Virus record (IMG/VR): IMGVR_UViG_3300037846_000003 | Span: 1-55,187 of that record | Strand: one strand, 5' to 3' | DNA length: 55,187 bases | Origin: a virus | Taxonomy: Duplodnaviria; Caudoviricetes | In this document: in pieces, positions 1 to 9,072 of the stretch | Numbering within the stretch: the first letter of the stretch is position 1 | Layout of the letters: every line of letters begins with the position of its first letter | Translations under genes and position numbers: made by a program | The notes under the pieces: model-generated | The model's database searches: none | Told to the model about the DNA's origin: nothing | The model's input: only the letters and a program-made list of their open reading frames with translations

Positions 1-638
1 TTGAACTTCTTAGTGCGCTTGGTGCCACCATTACGATAGGTTGCCACTTCATCGGCACAAACACAATCAATGTCTTTACGACCCATCAATTCATCCAATA
101 GAACTTGAACACCATCATGGTTGATAATGTATACGTCAACGTTTTTCGCCAACTTCTTTAGACGTTGGTTTCTTGTGCCATGGAGGATTTCAAACTTGAG
201 CCATGGGAACTCCTCGATTAGCTCTTTCCCCCACGTGCGATGAACGGCAGACAAGGGACAAATGGCTAGCAGCTTATTAACAAATCCAATTGACCTAAGA
301 TAATCAAATGCCCACAATACACATCGTGTCTTGCCAGTACCTAGCCCATTCAGCACGTAGCCCCGCGCTTCCATCGTCAGCATAGCGGAAGTCCACTTCT
401 GGACTTGGAATGCTGGCTTGGTCAGATCGCTAACCGGGAACTTGTACTGTGACAAGATTGGAGCGGGAACGTCATACCCCTCGGCACGAAGAAGCTTGGT
501 TGATTTGTAGTCATGGATAATGTTTAACTGCTTGCAGTTAACGCTAATAGCTTCCGCCCCTAACTTCTTAGTTAGGCGACCGATTAGCCCTGCATCCATG
601 CAGTCAATACTGATGATATGATTTTGCTGCTGTATCAT
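1..638 (-). CDS. SNF2/SF2-family helicase, N-terminal part (runs off window; start 638 or 599)
   Basis: Manual translation: ...VLNGLGTGKTRCVLWA (Walker A), AICPLS (motif Ia), IINHDG, CADEVA (Walker B). Confidence 0.85.
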   Translation of the reverse strand, partial: MIQQQNHIISIDCMDAGLIGRLTKKLGAEAISVNCKQLNIIHDYKSTKLLRAEGYDVPAPILSQYKFPVSDLTKPAFQVQKWTSAMLTMEARGYVLNGLGTGKTRCVLWAFDYLRSIGFVNKLLAICPLSAVHRTWGKELIEEFPWLKFEILHGTRNQRLKKLAKNVDVYIINHDGVQVLLDELMGRKDIDCVCADEVATYRNGGTKRTKKF

Positions 639-951
639 TCTCTGCCTTGCATACGTTCGATAACCATCTATCTAATAAGTTAAGACCATATGATCCGTCT
701 ATTTTGAATACATTGGCCTTGTATTTTCGTCTTAACTCGGTAGCCAAGTCATTTTGTATCTCTGTTAATTCTTCTCCCGGCTCCTTGGCTTCAATAAAGA
801 ATGCTAGTGGTAGACCTCCTATCTCGACCATACAGTGATAATCTAGCCCACGTTTCCCCATGCCGAACTGTACCGGTTTGAATACGTAGACTGGATATCT
901 CTCAAGGATCGCATTTATTTTTACCTTTACTTGGCCTTCTGGTGTCGTCAT
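604..951 (-). CDS. VRR-NUC-type PD-(D/E)XK nuclease
   Basis: N-terminal TPEGQVK, GLD...FFIEAKEPGEELTEIQ motif; adjacent to helicase as is typical in phages. Confidence 0.75.
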   Translation of the reverse strand: MTTPEGQVKVKINAILERYPVYVFKPVQFGMGKRGLDYHCMVEIGGLPLAFFIEAKEPGEELTEIQNDLATELRRKYKANVFKIDGSYGLNLLDRWLSNVCKAENDTAAKSYHQY

Positions 952-1253
952 GCCTTACCCACCGGTACGCTTTCACGCTTCTCTTGGATGATCTCTTCGA
1001 TTGATCCAGCGGGAATGGCTTCGACAGAGACTATATCGCCTCCCGGCTGTACCTCCATGCTGGTACATCTTTGACAAATGATTTTCATATTTGGATATTT
1101 CGCTAACGCTCGCTGCCCGGTCGGATATACGCCCACCGTATGCTGGCACTTAGAGCATAATTCCCACGATTGATCGGGATGCATTACGTGCATGTCACTT
1201 AAGCGCATGCACACTAGCGCCATAGGTTCGTCACTCATCTTCCAACTCCACAA
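948..1253 (-). CDS. Hypothetical protein with two CxxC pairs
   Basis: 101 aa ORF, CSKC and CQRC, overlaps neighbours in operon fashion. Confidence 0.55.
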   Translation of the reverse strand: MWSWKMSDEPMALVCMRLSDMHVMHPDQSWELCSKCQHTVGVYPTGQRALAKYPNMKIICQRCTSMEVQPGGDIVSVEAIPAGSIEEIIQEKRESVPVGKA

Positions 1254-1981
1254 TGTTCACAAGTATCCACGGAGCAATACTCTCTGCACAGTTTACCCGG
1301 CTTGGCCGGGAAGTCGTTATCTGCGTGAGCTTGCGCCAGCTTGTCGATCCTCGGTATGAGTGTACCCCAGATATCCATGATGTTGCTGCGCGTGAAGACA
1401 ATGGACCGCGTGTCGTTATACTTAGTCCATAGAAATTCGCTCTTGATGCCGACAACATCCTTGAAACAACTGAACGTCAGCATGGCGTTTACCGCTAACT
1501 GCGCATCGTCGTCCTGTAGCTTACCGGTCTTGTAGTCCACAATGTGAGCAAAGCTCTGTTTCTCATTCTTGGGAACAATCTTAATGTAATCGATCATACA
1601 CCGCGCCCATACACCTCTCTCGAAGAACCCCGTCGCTTGATAATCCTTATTGATTGCCAGTTTCAATTCACAATTGACTATTTGGAGCGTATGCGTAACC
1701 TTGGCTAGGTTCTCCGCATGTTTCTCCATGTAGTAGAACTCGCGTGGTAAAGCAACATCCGACATAATGCGTTTAGCCATTGCCTTGTGCAATCGTTGCC
1801 CTTCATCCAATTGGTCCGTTTCGTCTTGCTTGAACTCCTTGTTGACGTCAATCGCTTCGTATCGACGAGGACATGTCTCGTAATTCTTGATACGGGAATA
1901 GGACCAAGCAAATGGCTTGACCTTGTTTACGGTCAATGTTTGGTTTGGGTTTGGGGCGGCACGAAACATCATTAGCTCCAC
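1235..1981 (-). CDS. Cas4/RecB-like PD-(D/E)XK exonuclease
   Basis: WSYSRIKNYETCPRRY, GQRLH, IDY...VDYKTGK, QL motif and C-terminal Cys cluster (CREYC..C..C). Confidence 0.8.
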   Translation of the reverse strand: MELMMFRAAPNPNQTLTVNKVKPFAWSYSRIKNYETCPRRYEAIDVNKEFKQDETDQLDEGQRLHKAMAKRIMSDVALPREFYYMEKHAENLAKVTHTLQIVNCELKLAINKDYQATGFFERGVWARCMIDYIKIVPKNEKQSFAHIVDYKTGKLQDDDAQLAVNAMLTFSCFKDVVGIKSEFLWTKYNDTRSIVFTRSNIMDIWGTLIPRIDKLAQAHADNDFPAKPGKLCREYCSVDTCEHCGVGR

Positions 1982-2448
1982 AGCAACCGTATTTGAGTGA
2001 TCAGCTTATCGGATGGGAAGATGGCAGCATCATCCTCTAAATGCCCAGCCCTACTCTCATGGATGAAGAATATAAACACTTTATCGCTGGTAACAATAGG
2101 AAGCATAAAATCATCTTTCTTCATTTCAAATGTACCGGAGATACCATGCAATCGGCCGAATAACATAGATGCTGCTTTCTGAGATTTGTTAACTGGAAAT
2201 GGACCGTTCATGGCAATAGAATGAGAATGACCGGGGTCTGAAACCTGATGGGCCAAAGCACTATAAAAATCTTCTGGGCGAAAGTTTTGTGCTTGCGCCA
2301 TTTGGGCTTGTATTACCCCATCCACAACATTATTCACCCGCGCAGCATACTCATCTGGTGCATTGGTATAGTATTTGAGCGCATCGATTTGATGCTGTAG
2401 CTCGGACTGCTTAGGCTGTTGACCCAAAAAGCTCAGTTTACCAACCAT
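1972..2448 (-). CDS. Hypothetical protein
   Basis: 158 aa ORF in operon; ATG directly follows palindrome copy 2451. Confidence 0.6.
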   Translation of the reverse strand: MVGKLSFLGQQPKQSELQHQIDALKYYTNAPDEYAARVNNVVDGVIQAQMAQAQNFRPEDFYSALAHQVSDPGHSHSIAMNGPFPVNKSQKAASMLFGRLHGISGTFEMKKDDFMLPIVTSDKVFIFFIHESRAGHLEDDAAIFPSDKLITQIRLLWS

Positions 2449-2463
2449 CTTAACTGCTCGCAG

Positions 2464-2748
2464 TTAGAAGGAGAACATTCGCTCTAGAAGGAGACGAGAC
2501 TGAATGGGTATACCATAATGGCCCGCACTCATATTGACAATTGCGATGTTGTGCTTCGCTAGTTTTGGCCGCATGTTGTAGATGTGTTGACGAGTAGCAC
2601 GCACTGGAGGATATTGCCTAATTCCTTTATTGCCGTTTAGCCACATCTGCTTGAGGATGGATGCTTCAGTGAAGGTGATATTAAGTCGATACATCAAAGT
2701 GATTTCATCGACTTCAGGCTTAGGCAGTAGGTTTACTAGTGTCATCAT
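2464..2748 (-). CDS. Small winged-helix DNA-binding protein (OmpR C-terminal-like)
   Basis: RQHIYNMRPKLAKHNIAIVNMSAGHYGI resembles recognition helix plus wing; RBS GGAG and own promoter upstream. Confidence 0.5.
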   Translation of the reverse strand: MMTLVNLLPKPEVDEITLMYRLNITFTEASILKQMWLNGNKGIRQYPPVRATRQHIYNMRPKLAKHNIAIVNMSAGHYGIPIQSRLLLERMFSF

Positions 2749-2765
2749 ACTACTCCGAAGTTAAC

Positions 2766-2794
2766 ACCATACCAGAAACGTCAGTTCCTGTCAA
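2766..2794 (-). promoter_or_regulatory. Sigma70-type promoter (TTGACA-N5-TGACG family)
   Basis: Minus strand TTGACA-17bp-TATGGT upstream of the 2748 gene. Confidence 0.7.
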
Positions 2795-2832
2795 GTATGT
2801 TTTTCCGAAAAAACAGTTCGGATTTCGGTTTT

Positions 2833-4734
2833 TTAGCACTTCTCTAGGCCCCCATAGCTTTGCCCATACTTAGCTTCCGCTGCTAGCGGAATATCAGGAG
2901 CCCATTTAGGTGATCGGCACATCTCTTCTAGCGCAATTTCCTTTACTAACTGCAAGCAGTCAAGCGGCACCACGTAAGCATTGGCGTCGTGTACTTGCAG
3001 TGCTAATCTAATATCCAAACCTTGACGAGCGCATCGATCCTCGATACGCATGTTCGCCTCAATGACATGTATCCAATCTAAAGCTTGCACGATGTTCTCA
3101 GTTAGCTTCGCGCCGTATATATAACGCCTTATACTGCCATACAAATAAGTTGTATTCCCTTCAACAGTTTGCAAGTCATTGTAATACAAGCGCAGTCCAC
3201 TTGGCAACAAGATAGTTTGTCCTTCTGTCACACATGGTCCAATAGGATCTTGTTCTGGCCACGTTGGGTCCATCATGGCTTCCAGTATCCAGCCGCAACG
3301 CTTCCATAGATAAGGTATCCATGGGAAGAGGGTACGATAAGCATCTACCCATGCTTGGCATTGTTCTATCGTATACACGGTGTTGATGCCAGCTTCGAGC
3401 GCATCGAAAGTAAGCTTAACCAATAGTTTTGCTGCCGACATGCCGAAGCCAAGCCCTAGCACAATCGTCTTGGAGTTAAACCGCTCAATCGGATGGGTTT
3501 TCTTGGTAATGGGGTAGCCGTAGATTTGTGAACCAAACCATGCATACACGTCATTAAGTGGATCACTAAACTGTTCAAGTAAATTCTGCTGCCCTGCTAG
3601 CCATGCGACTAGTCGTGCCTCGATCTGTGATGCATCTACGTCGAGGATAACACATCCATGGGGCGCTCGGATAGCGGAACGCAACACGTTCGTCTTACGT
3701 GTCGATAGGTTCTGCATATTCAGCTTCCAATCGCCGCTCAGACGATGGGTGTGTGCGCCACTATATTTGAGTGGGACCGGCATCCATGTAGTGCCGTAAC
3801 TGCTAGCAGTTAACTCAGCCATGTGGATAAAGCGCTCAGTGCGTGTCTCTTCAATAGTAGACTTAAGCCCTAACCGTGCAGCGACAAGCGCTTGCACTTC
3901 CTCATCAGGATGCTCTTGCAATTTAAGGAAGTCTTCATCAGTCCTAGCGAATGCATAGGTCATCTTATGTGTTCTTGCTGACATTTTCATTGGTGGATCG
4001 ACACCGCGTTGTCGCAATAGATCAGCAAATTGGTCATTGCTCATATACTTGGCACGATCATAGCCCAATACATCTAATAGTTTTCTCTTAGCTCTCATAA
4101 TATCACCGTAGTATATTCTAAGATTTAGTTCATCCAGCAGTAATTGTGGCATAGTGGTCATGCGAATGACGCGATCCATTACTCGCAACTCTGAAGCAGG
4201 GAAGTTATCAATCAATAGATTGTATATCTCCCGACAACCGCGCACGTCGCGCAATGTATAGGTGACAAACATCATTAACAAATCTCGATTACTAGTAAGC
4301 ATTTGGAAGTTAACCCCCTCCATATCTTTAATAGTAGTAAGTTTGGCTTCTAGGCCAAAATACTCAAGCACTTTCTCTAATGATACGCGGGATTGTTTGG
4401 TAACGTGCCCAATAAGAGCGCGGCTCATGCTCATAGTATCAACCATGAGCGGAGGATGGATACCATAGCGCCACGCAAGGATGGTCATATCGAATAAAGC
4501 ATTGTGACTTATTGCTGCGTATGGCTCAGTAATGTTTTCCAAATAGCTAATAACTTTCTCCTGCGGCAGGAAAAAGGGTGGCGCATTATCTTCCGCCACC
4601 CCACATCCTAGCATCTCGAAACGTTTATCAAGTATATACTGTAACGGTGTCACCGTTCTTAGCGTATACGTCTTAGAGTAGAACGTTTCAAAATCTAGGA
4701 AGATCCTTCGCACTTTACTCTCCTTCGTCTTCAC
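2833..4734 (-). CDS. polA: Family A DNA polymerase with 3'-5' exonuclease domain
   Basis: FLDFET (ExoI), HNALFD (ExoII), THRLSG...NMQN, DVDASQIEARL (motif A), RFNSKTIVLGLGFG (motif B), QVHD (motif C). Confidence 0.95.
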   Translation of the reverse strand: MKTKESKVRRIFLDFETFYSKTYTLRTVTPLQYILDKRFEMLGCGVAEDNAPPFFLPQEKVISYLENITEPYAAISHNALFDMTILAWRYGIHPPLMVDTMSMSRALIGHVTKQSRVSLEKVLEYFGLEAKLTTIKDMEGVNFQMLTSNRDLLMMFVTYTLRDVRGCREIYNLLIDNFPASELRVMDRVIRMTTMPQLLLDELNLRIYYGDIMRAKRKLLDVLGYDRAKYMSNDQFADLLRQRGVDPPMKMSARTHKMTYAFARTDEDFLKLQEHPDEEVQALVAARLGLKSTIEETRTERFIHMAELTASSYGTTWMPVPLKYSGAHTHRLSGDWKLNMQNLSTRKTNVLRSAIRAPHGCVILDVDASQIEARLVAWLAGQQNLLEQFSDPLNDVYAWFGSQIYGYPITKKTHPIERFNSKTIVLGLGFGMSAAKLLVKLTFDALEAGINTVYTIEQCQAWVDAYRTLFPWIPYLWKRCGWILEAMMDPTWPEQDPIGPCVTEGQTILLPSGLRLYYNDLQTVEGNTTYLYGSIRRYIYGAKLTENIVQALDWIHVIEANMRIEDRCARQGLDIRLALQVHDANAYVVPLDCLQLVKEIALEEMCRSPKWAPDIPLAAEAKYGQSYGGLEKC

Positions 4735-4912
4735 TGTCAGCAGTTAACTCATATCCTCTAAGTGCATTGTAAAGCGATAGCGCACCATTAGAAACTTTTA
4801 GTAACTTCACCCTCGCTACTTCTTCGTTGCCATATCTTAACTGTTGCAACGCCTCCACGGCATCATCAATAATGTCCGCTAGATCGCCAAGGTGTGTATA
4901 AAAACCATTCAT
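4715..4912 (-). CDS. Hypothetical protein
   Basis: 65 aa ORF overlapping both neighbours. Confidence 0.5.
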   Translation of the reverse strand: MNGFYTHLGDLADIIDDAVEALQQLRYGNEEVARVKLLKVSNGALSLYNALRGYELTADSEDEGE

Positions 4913-5097
4913 TTGCCAAGCCCTCGCAAGTTTGTCAACGTATGCTGGTGGTAATCTTCAAGCTTCTCCATGCCGTAGGCTAGCCCAGCCTTATAGCCGC
5001 GCACATAGCCGATGTGATAGGTGACGTAAGTAATTACGAACCCAATCCATACACCAGCTATGATCCAGTTAATCATTTTTCTTCTTCCACGCTTCAC
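4909..5097 (-). CDS. Small membrane protein
   Basis: Hydrophobic N-terminal helix followed by GYVRGYKAG repeat. Confidence 0.5.
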   Translation of the reverse strand: MKRGRRKMINWIIAGVWIGFVITYVTYHIGYVRGYKAGLAYGMEKLEDYHQHTLTNLRGLGK

Positions 5098-5359
5098 GTA
5101 GAGCGCTTATTGCTCCGAGTTCTAAACCGTTAACGTAGCTCTCAATCATTTCTGGATCAGTGGGCGCATCTGACCGTATCGACAGCACGTAGGCATAACA
5201 GGCGTCACGCAATGATGGTGGGCGAAGAGAAGAGGCTTCTCCCCATTGTTGGTTTTTCATCATCTGGTCACGCAGCCGAAACCAAATATCAACTATGTTA
5301 ATTTCTTCCATTGGATTAGCTCCACATATCCACTGCGCTCCCATACTGTATCTCGCCAC
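5069..5359 (-). CDS. Hypothetical protein
   Basis: ORF in operon; true start may be the internal MEEINI. Confidence 0.45.
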   Translation of the reverse strand: MARYSMGAQWICGANPMEEINIVDIWFRLRDQMMKNQQWGEASSLRPPSLRDACYAYVLSIRSDAPTDPEMIESYVNGLELGAISALREAWKKKND

Positions 5360-5420
5360 CCTATCGGCTCGATACAGAAGCGCCAGCTTTGATCAGTCTC
5401 CACGATAAATGTGATGATCT

Positions 5421-5894
5421 CTATTTTTCTCCACCCCCGGTCGTGTCGGTTGGGGGCAAGAAGCGGTCTATCAGTTTCCATGTACCACTGCCCATGTGCT
5501 TTACAACGCCATGTTTACGCAACTCTTCTATACGTGAACTTACCGAACTATCTGAGTAACCTTGAGCTTTAACCATTGGCCTAAGTTCTTGCGCTTTATG
5601 CGTTTTGCCGTCGCGCAAAAGATTAATGATAATCGCGTTAATCCCCCTAGTCAAATCCGGTCCCGGTGATAGGCGTTTTTGCTTAGGCTTCTTCTTAGCG
5701 GCAGCAAGAATTTTCATTGCGCCGGAGGGTATTGGTTTAAGATCAAATTTCTTATCGAAGCGTATTGCTGGATCTGGTCGCGGTTGCTCGATCATCTCTT
5801 CCACGATAAGGTTTTCGATTGGTAGAAACTTAGACATCATGGCAAACAATGTTTGTCCATCAATCGTAAACCCAACCCTAAACTTCACAGTCAT
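5421..5894 (-). CDS. Winged-helix DNA-binding protein
   Basis: C-terminal KAQELRPMVKAQGYSDSSVSSRIEELRKHGVVKHMGSGTWKL wHTH pattern with basic linker; RBS GGAG. Confidence 0.6.
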   Translation of the reverse strand: MTVKFRVGFTIDGQTLFAMMSKFLPIENLIVEEMIEQPRPDPAIRFDKKFDLKPIPSGAMKILAAAKKKPKQKRLSPGPDLTRGINAIIINLLRDGKTHKAQELRPMVKAQGYSDSSVSSRIEELRKHGVVKHMGSGTWKLIDRFLPPTDTTGGGEK

Positions 5895-5909
5895 TGCCTT
5901 TACTCCGTG

Positions 5910-6215
5910 TTAACCTGTACGCGGCAGCTTGTACACCTTAGCCGCCTTAAGGTAGGTCGGCTTGATTTCCGACTGATAACCGATAATGGTTATCTCCAGC
6001 TTGTAACCAAGCGCCCGCAATACGGCATTCACAGATGCCGCCCTGGGCTGCTTAGTCTCCCCATACAACCATTTGGAGATAGTGTGCGCACCGACGCCAC
6101 TATCCTCCGAAATTTTCTTTAATGTCTCCCCACTCTCCTGAACAATAGTCCGCACGGTGTCGATCATGGGGTCTTTATCGGCAAAGCTATACGACTTGTA
6201 GATGAAACCTGTCAC
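5910..6215 (-). CDS. XRE/Cro-like HTH transcriptional regulator
   Basis: LKKISEDSGVGAHTISKWLYGETKQPRAASVNAVLRALG; RBS AAGGAG before GTG. Confidence 0.8.
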   Translation of the reverse strand: MTGFIYKSYSFADKDPMIDTVRTIVQESGETLKKISEDSGVGAHTISKWLYGETKQPRAASVNAVLRALGYKLEITIIGYQSEIKPTYLKAAKVYKLPRTG

Positions 6216-6239
6216 TGGCTACTCCTTCACTGCTAGCAG

Positions 6240-7019
6240 TTAATCCCAAGCGTTCTGGAACCTCAGAGTATTCTGAAAGTCCTTCATTTCCTCAACAGCA
6301 TCTTTGATATGCTGCGGCACATAATCATCACTTAGTTTTGTTTCTACTCTGATCATACCTTCCATTACGTTTCTAATAGGGCGATCCTTGAGCAAGCGGA
6401 ACTGAGTATACAGCTTATTGCCCAACGCTATAGCTTCTCTTGCCACGGTCGGCACAACAGGAATATTCTTTGGCGGTAGCGTGAGTGCTATCATGCACGA
6501 ATGGAATTTCCTTTTATCCTCTGACTGTCTAATCGAATACTTGGCATGAAAGTTACGGTTCTTTGCATCCTTTTCATAGTTGTATTCTTCTTCGCGAACA
6601 ACATCAGGAAGCCAAGGGAATACCCCTGCGACCGCCGTTCGCGATACATATTGTATAACTTCCGAGGTGATGTAATGCAGGATCGACCATTCTTGAGTGA
6701 ATTTAAAAGTAGGGGCGAGTTCACTGCCAGCAGTTATGTATCCATACTGGCGTGGTAGGGGCGCTTTGATCTCAACTGGCACCTCGCGAATAGTGCCGAA
6801 ACCCCTTAACTGCACCTTATAAGTGTTGTGGTGCCGATACCATGCACGTTCATCCGCTTTGAGTAGCGTTTCTTTATCATCTGGAGATACCCCAAATGCA
6901 TCATATAATGCGTCGAGGCTGATAACAGGAGCTACCTTGCGGATAACATCCGTTGCATCTAGCTCAATTCTGTCTTGTATAAACCTACGGAAGTGGTAGG
7001 AAACTGGGGAAGTTCTCAT
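6240..7019 (-). CDS. Hypothetical protein
   Basis: 259 aa ORF; its TAA stop is the edge of palindrome copy 6227. Confidence 0.7.
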   Translation of the reverse strand: MRTSPVSYHFRRFIQDRIELDATDVIRKVAPVISLDALYDAFGVSPDDKETLLKADERAWYRHHNTYKVQLRGFGTIREVPVEIKAPLPRQYGYITAGSELAPTFKFTQEWSILHYITSEVIQYVSRTAVAGVFPWLPDVVREEEYNYEKDAKNRNFHAKYSIRQSEDKRKFHSCMIALTLPPKNIPVVPTVAREAIALGNKLYTQFRLLKDRPIRNVMEGMIRVETKLSDDYVPQHIKDAVEEMKDFQNTLRFQNAWD

Positions 7020-7049
7020 TGCCTTGTCTCACTGGTTAGAGGAAAGAAA

Positions 7050-7195
7050 TACGATGGTTTGTTTAGTTTCACGGGTAGACAAATGGCTACCTGCCGATAG
7101 ACCCGAACTAAACCTTGAAGGCTCCACGTTACTCAACGATTACCTATCCCGATGCCATCGTTCCGGCTGACGAGTAGACATCCTACCGGCAGGAA
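7050..7195 (-). ncRNA. Candidate structured (pseudoknotted) leader RNA
   Basis: Complementary pairs 7183-7193/7090-7100, 7061-7076/7101-7113, 7155-7161/7051-7057, 7172-7176/7130-7134; G-U wobbles favour the minus strand. Confidence 0.45.
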
Positions 7196-7326
7196 CTGGT
7201 TGTGTCTATTCCATAAGATATGAACCCGGATGTTCGCCAGAACCGAGGATAGTTCAAGTATAGGTAATACTTACCAACTTGAAACCCCCATGACGTTGCG
7301 CCATGTTGTGCAAATATAAATGTCAT
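7183..7326 (-). CDS. 47-aa small ORF (not in ORF track)
   Basis: ATGA overlap with VWA gene stop; MTFIFAQHGATSWGFQVGKYYLYLNYPRFWRTSGFISYGIDTTSSCR. Confidence 0.5.
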   Translation of the reverse strand: MTFIFAQHGATSWGFQVGKYYLYLNYPRFWRTSGFISYGIDTTSSCR

Positions 7327-8693
7327 AGCGTTTCCGGGTCTTCCTTGAGCGGTGGCACATAGATCGTTGTGCCATATGGCGCAGAGACTTCAGGGATGAT
7401 ACATGCCCAAATGACTGGATAGCCGGGATCATCTGGGAAAGCTCCCCAACATTCGAGATCGGTAAAGTAGATTAAAATTTCAGGCGTTAAACCTTCCTCC
7501 TCCACTTTTTGGAATGGCGGATGAAAGCTTGTACCGCCTCCACCGCGCACTTTGCTCTCCAAGTCATAGACGTTATCTAACAGCCCCCAATTATAGATTT
7601 GGGTGTCGCAATCGCAGAACCATAGTTCTTTAGGATGAACTTGGCTCAAGATGACTGCAATGTTCGACATGAACATATTCATGGTCTGTTGATTGATCGA
7701 GCCGCTTGTATCGGCAACCACGACTGCACAATTGCATCCATGGCGTACTCGACTAGGAAAGCCAATGCCGCGAATAGCGAACTCGCCATCCAAATGCGCC
7801 CACGAATGACCCTCGCGCCCAATACCTTGAGACACGCTGATCATCATCAAATCTTGCCAAGGTGTCGGCACCTCCATGTTAAGCTTAAAGATACGCTCCA
7901 TGTTACCGGGGAGCCTACCAGCAGCACGCGCCGATTGCATGGCAGACATAACAGCATCATCCCATTCTTGCGGATTACGCTCTGCTTCTGCTTGTGCTGG
8001 CGATAGACCGCGCCCTTGACCCGGCTCTAGATGGATATCGAAGCTCTTACCCGTTTCATCAGACGGGATAAGAATAATCTCCATGCCATCGCTGCCCTCT
8101 TTGTCGTCGTCAGATTTGCAAGGGCGCTTACCGGGCTGTTTCCATCGCTTGTAGAGAATACGATACGCCTCCAATGCGTTCATATTCCCATCGATAATCT
8201 CTGGCAGATACCACGCACTATCAGGTTTACCGCCAACATCAGCATCGACCAACATAGCATTGATCAAGCAATCCATGGCGATATTCATCAGCTTGTGGAT
8301 ATACGGCAATACGTCGCCGTCACTATACCTGACCTTGCCCTCTTTACCAAGAGCATACATCAGACCGCAGTGATTGAAGATGCAATGAAGCACTTCATGG
8401 GCGCAAATAAACACCCTTTCTTCGAGTGGATGCCCAAAGAGAAAGACTGGATTGATATACATATACTTGTCATCTGTGGCCGCAGTCTCGATCTTATCGG
8501 TAAACCATGCGGTTTCCCCGTTCCTATCGACCATCATCGCATACCACACGTCAGTGATATATGGTAGCGCCCACAATGCCGCCGCTCGCGTTTCTTCCCA
8601 CGGTTTAGCGTGAGCGGTCGTAAGCTTTATCTTAGGCCAGATATCCCCGGCAACAGGAGAAAAATCCTTATACATTATCCTTTTCCCCCGCAA
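7323..8693 (-). CDS. HExxH metallopeptidase-like plus VWA domain protein (DUF2201-like)
   Basis: TAATD, FICAHEVLHC, NIAMDCLIN, then VVADTSGSI (MIDAS), GGGGTSF, YFTD. Confidence 0.85.
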   Translation of the reverse strand: MRGKRIMYKDFSPVAGDIWPKIKLTTAHAKPWEETRAAALWALPYITDVWYAMMVDRNGETAWFTDKIETAATDDKYMYINPVFLFGHPLEERVFICAHEVLHCIFNHCGLMYALGKEGKVRYSDGDVLPYIHKLMNIAMDCLINAMLVDADVGGKPDSAWYLPEIIDGNMNALEAYRILYKRWKQPGKRPCKSDDDKEGSDGMEIILIPSDETGKSFDIHLEPGQGRGLSPAQAEAERNPQEWDDAVMSAMQSARAAGRLPGNMERIFKLNMEVPTPWQDLMMISVSQGIGREGHSWAHLDGEFAIRGIGFPSRVRHGCNCAVVVADTSGSINQQTMNMFMSNIAVILSQVHPKELWFCDCDTQIYNWGLLDNVYDLESKVRGGGGTSFHPPFQKVEEEGLTPEILIYFTDLECWGAFPDDPGYPVIWACIIPEVSAPYGTTIYVPPLKEDPETL

Positions 8694-9072
8694 AGATGTT
8701 AATGGTTTTTATACCACTGGTATCAGATACCGTCACCTTCATATTGGGTGACACATGCTGCGATAGCAGAACAGCTTTTGTGTGCAACTGCTTTGCAGCT
8801 TCTGACATCAACCTTACGAATACTTCGCGCTGCTTGAGATCGTAGCTGTCTATCTCAGCCTTAATCTCCAGATCGAATACAACTCGCATTTTATTGCCTT
8901 TCGTCTTCATGTTGAGCATCTCTTGCGAGAATGCAATAGTGAGGCGCGTTCCCGTACCACGCGCCATCCACATATCCCCGCCCCATTGGGTACTGCTGCC
9001 AGTAGTCGGGAGGAAGAAGGTCATGCTTAACTGCCGACAGTTAGTGTTTGCTAGCGTTCTTGTACCGCTCAA
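8668..9072 (-). CDS. Hypothetical protein (start uncertain)
   Basis: ORF between ATPase and VWA gene; plausible starts at 9024 (after palindrome) or at MRVVFD. Confidence 0.5.
   Translation of the reverse strand: MSGTRTLANTNCRQLSMTFFLPTTGSSTQWGGDMWMARGTGTRLTIAFSQEMLNMKTKGNKMRVVFDLEIKAEIDSYDLKQREVFVRLMSEAAKQLHTKAVLLSQHVSPNMKVTVSDTSGIKTINIFAGEKDNV

Noticed and set aside
524-541. Palindrome as CtrA box, LexA box or canonical parS
   Set aside because: TTAA half-sites are 10 bp apart (CtrA uses N7); CTG-N4-CAG is not CTGT-N8-ACAG; sequence differs from TGTTNCACGTGAAACA
7160-7200. Hammerhead ribozyme from CTGACGA plus GTAG/CTAC stem on plus strand
   Set aside because: The required GAAA after stem II is absent and wobble pairs favour the opposite strand
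8786-9004. Near-matches to the palindrome (CAACTGCTTTGCAGCT at 8786, TACTGCTGCCAGTA at 8991) and isolated half-sites elsewhere
   Set aside because: Wrong spacing or several mismatches; not counted
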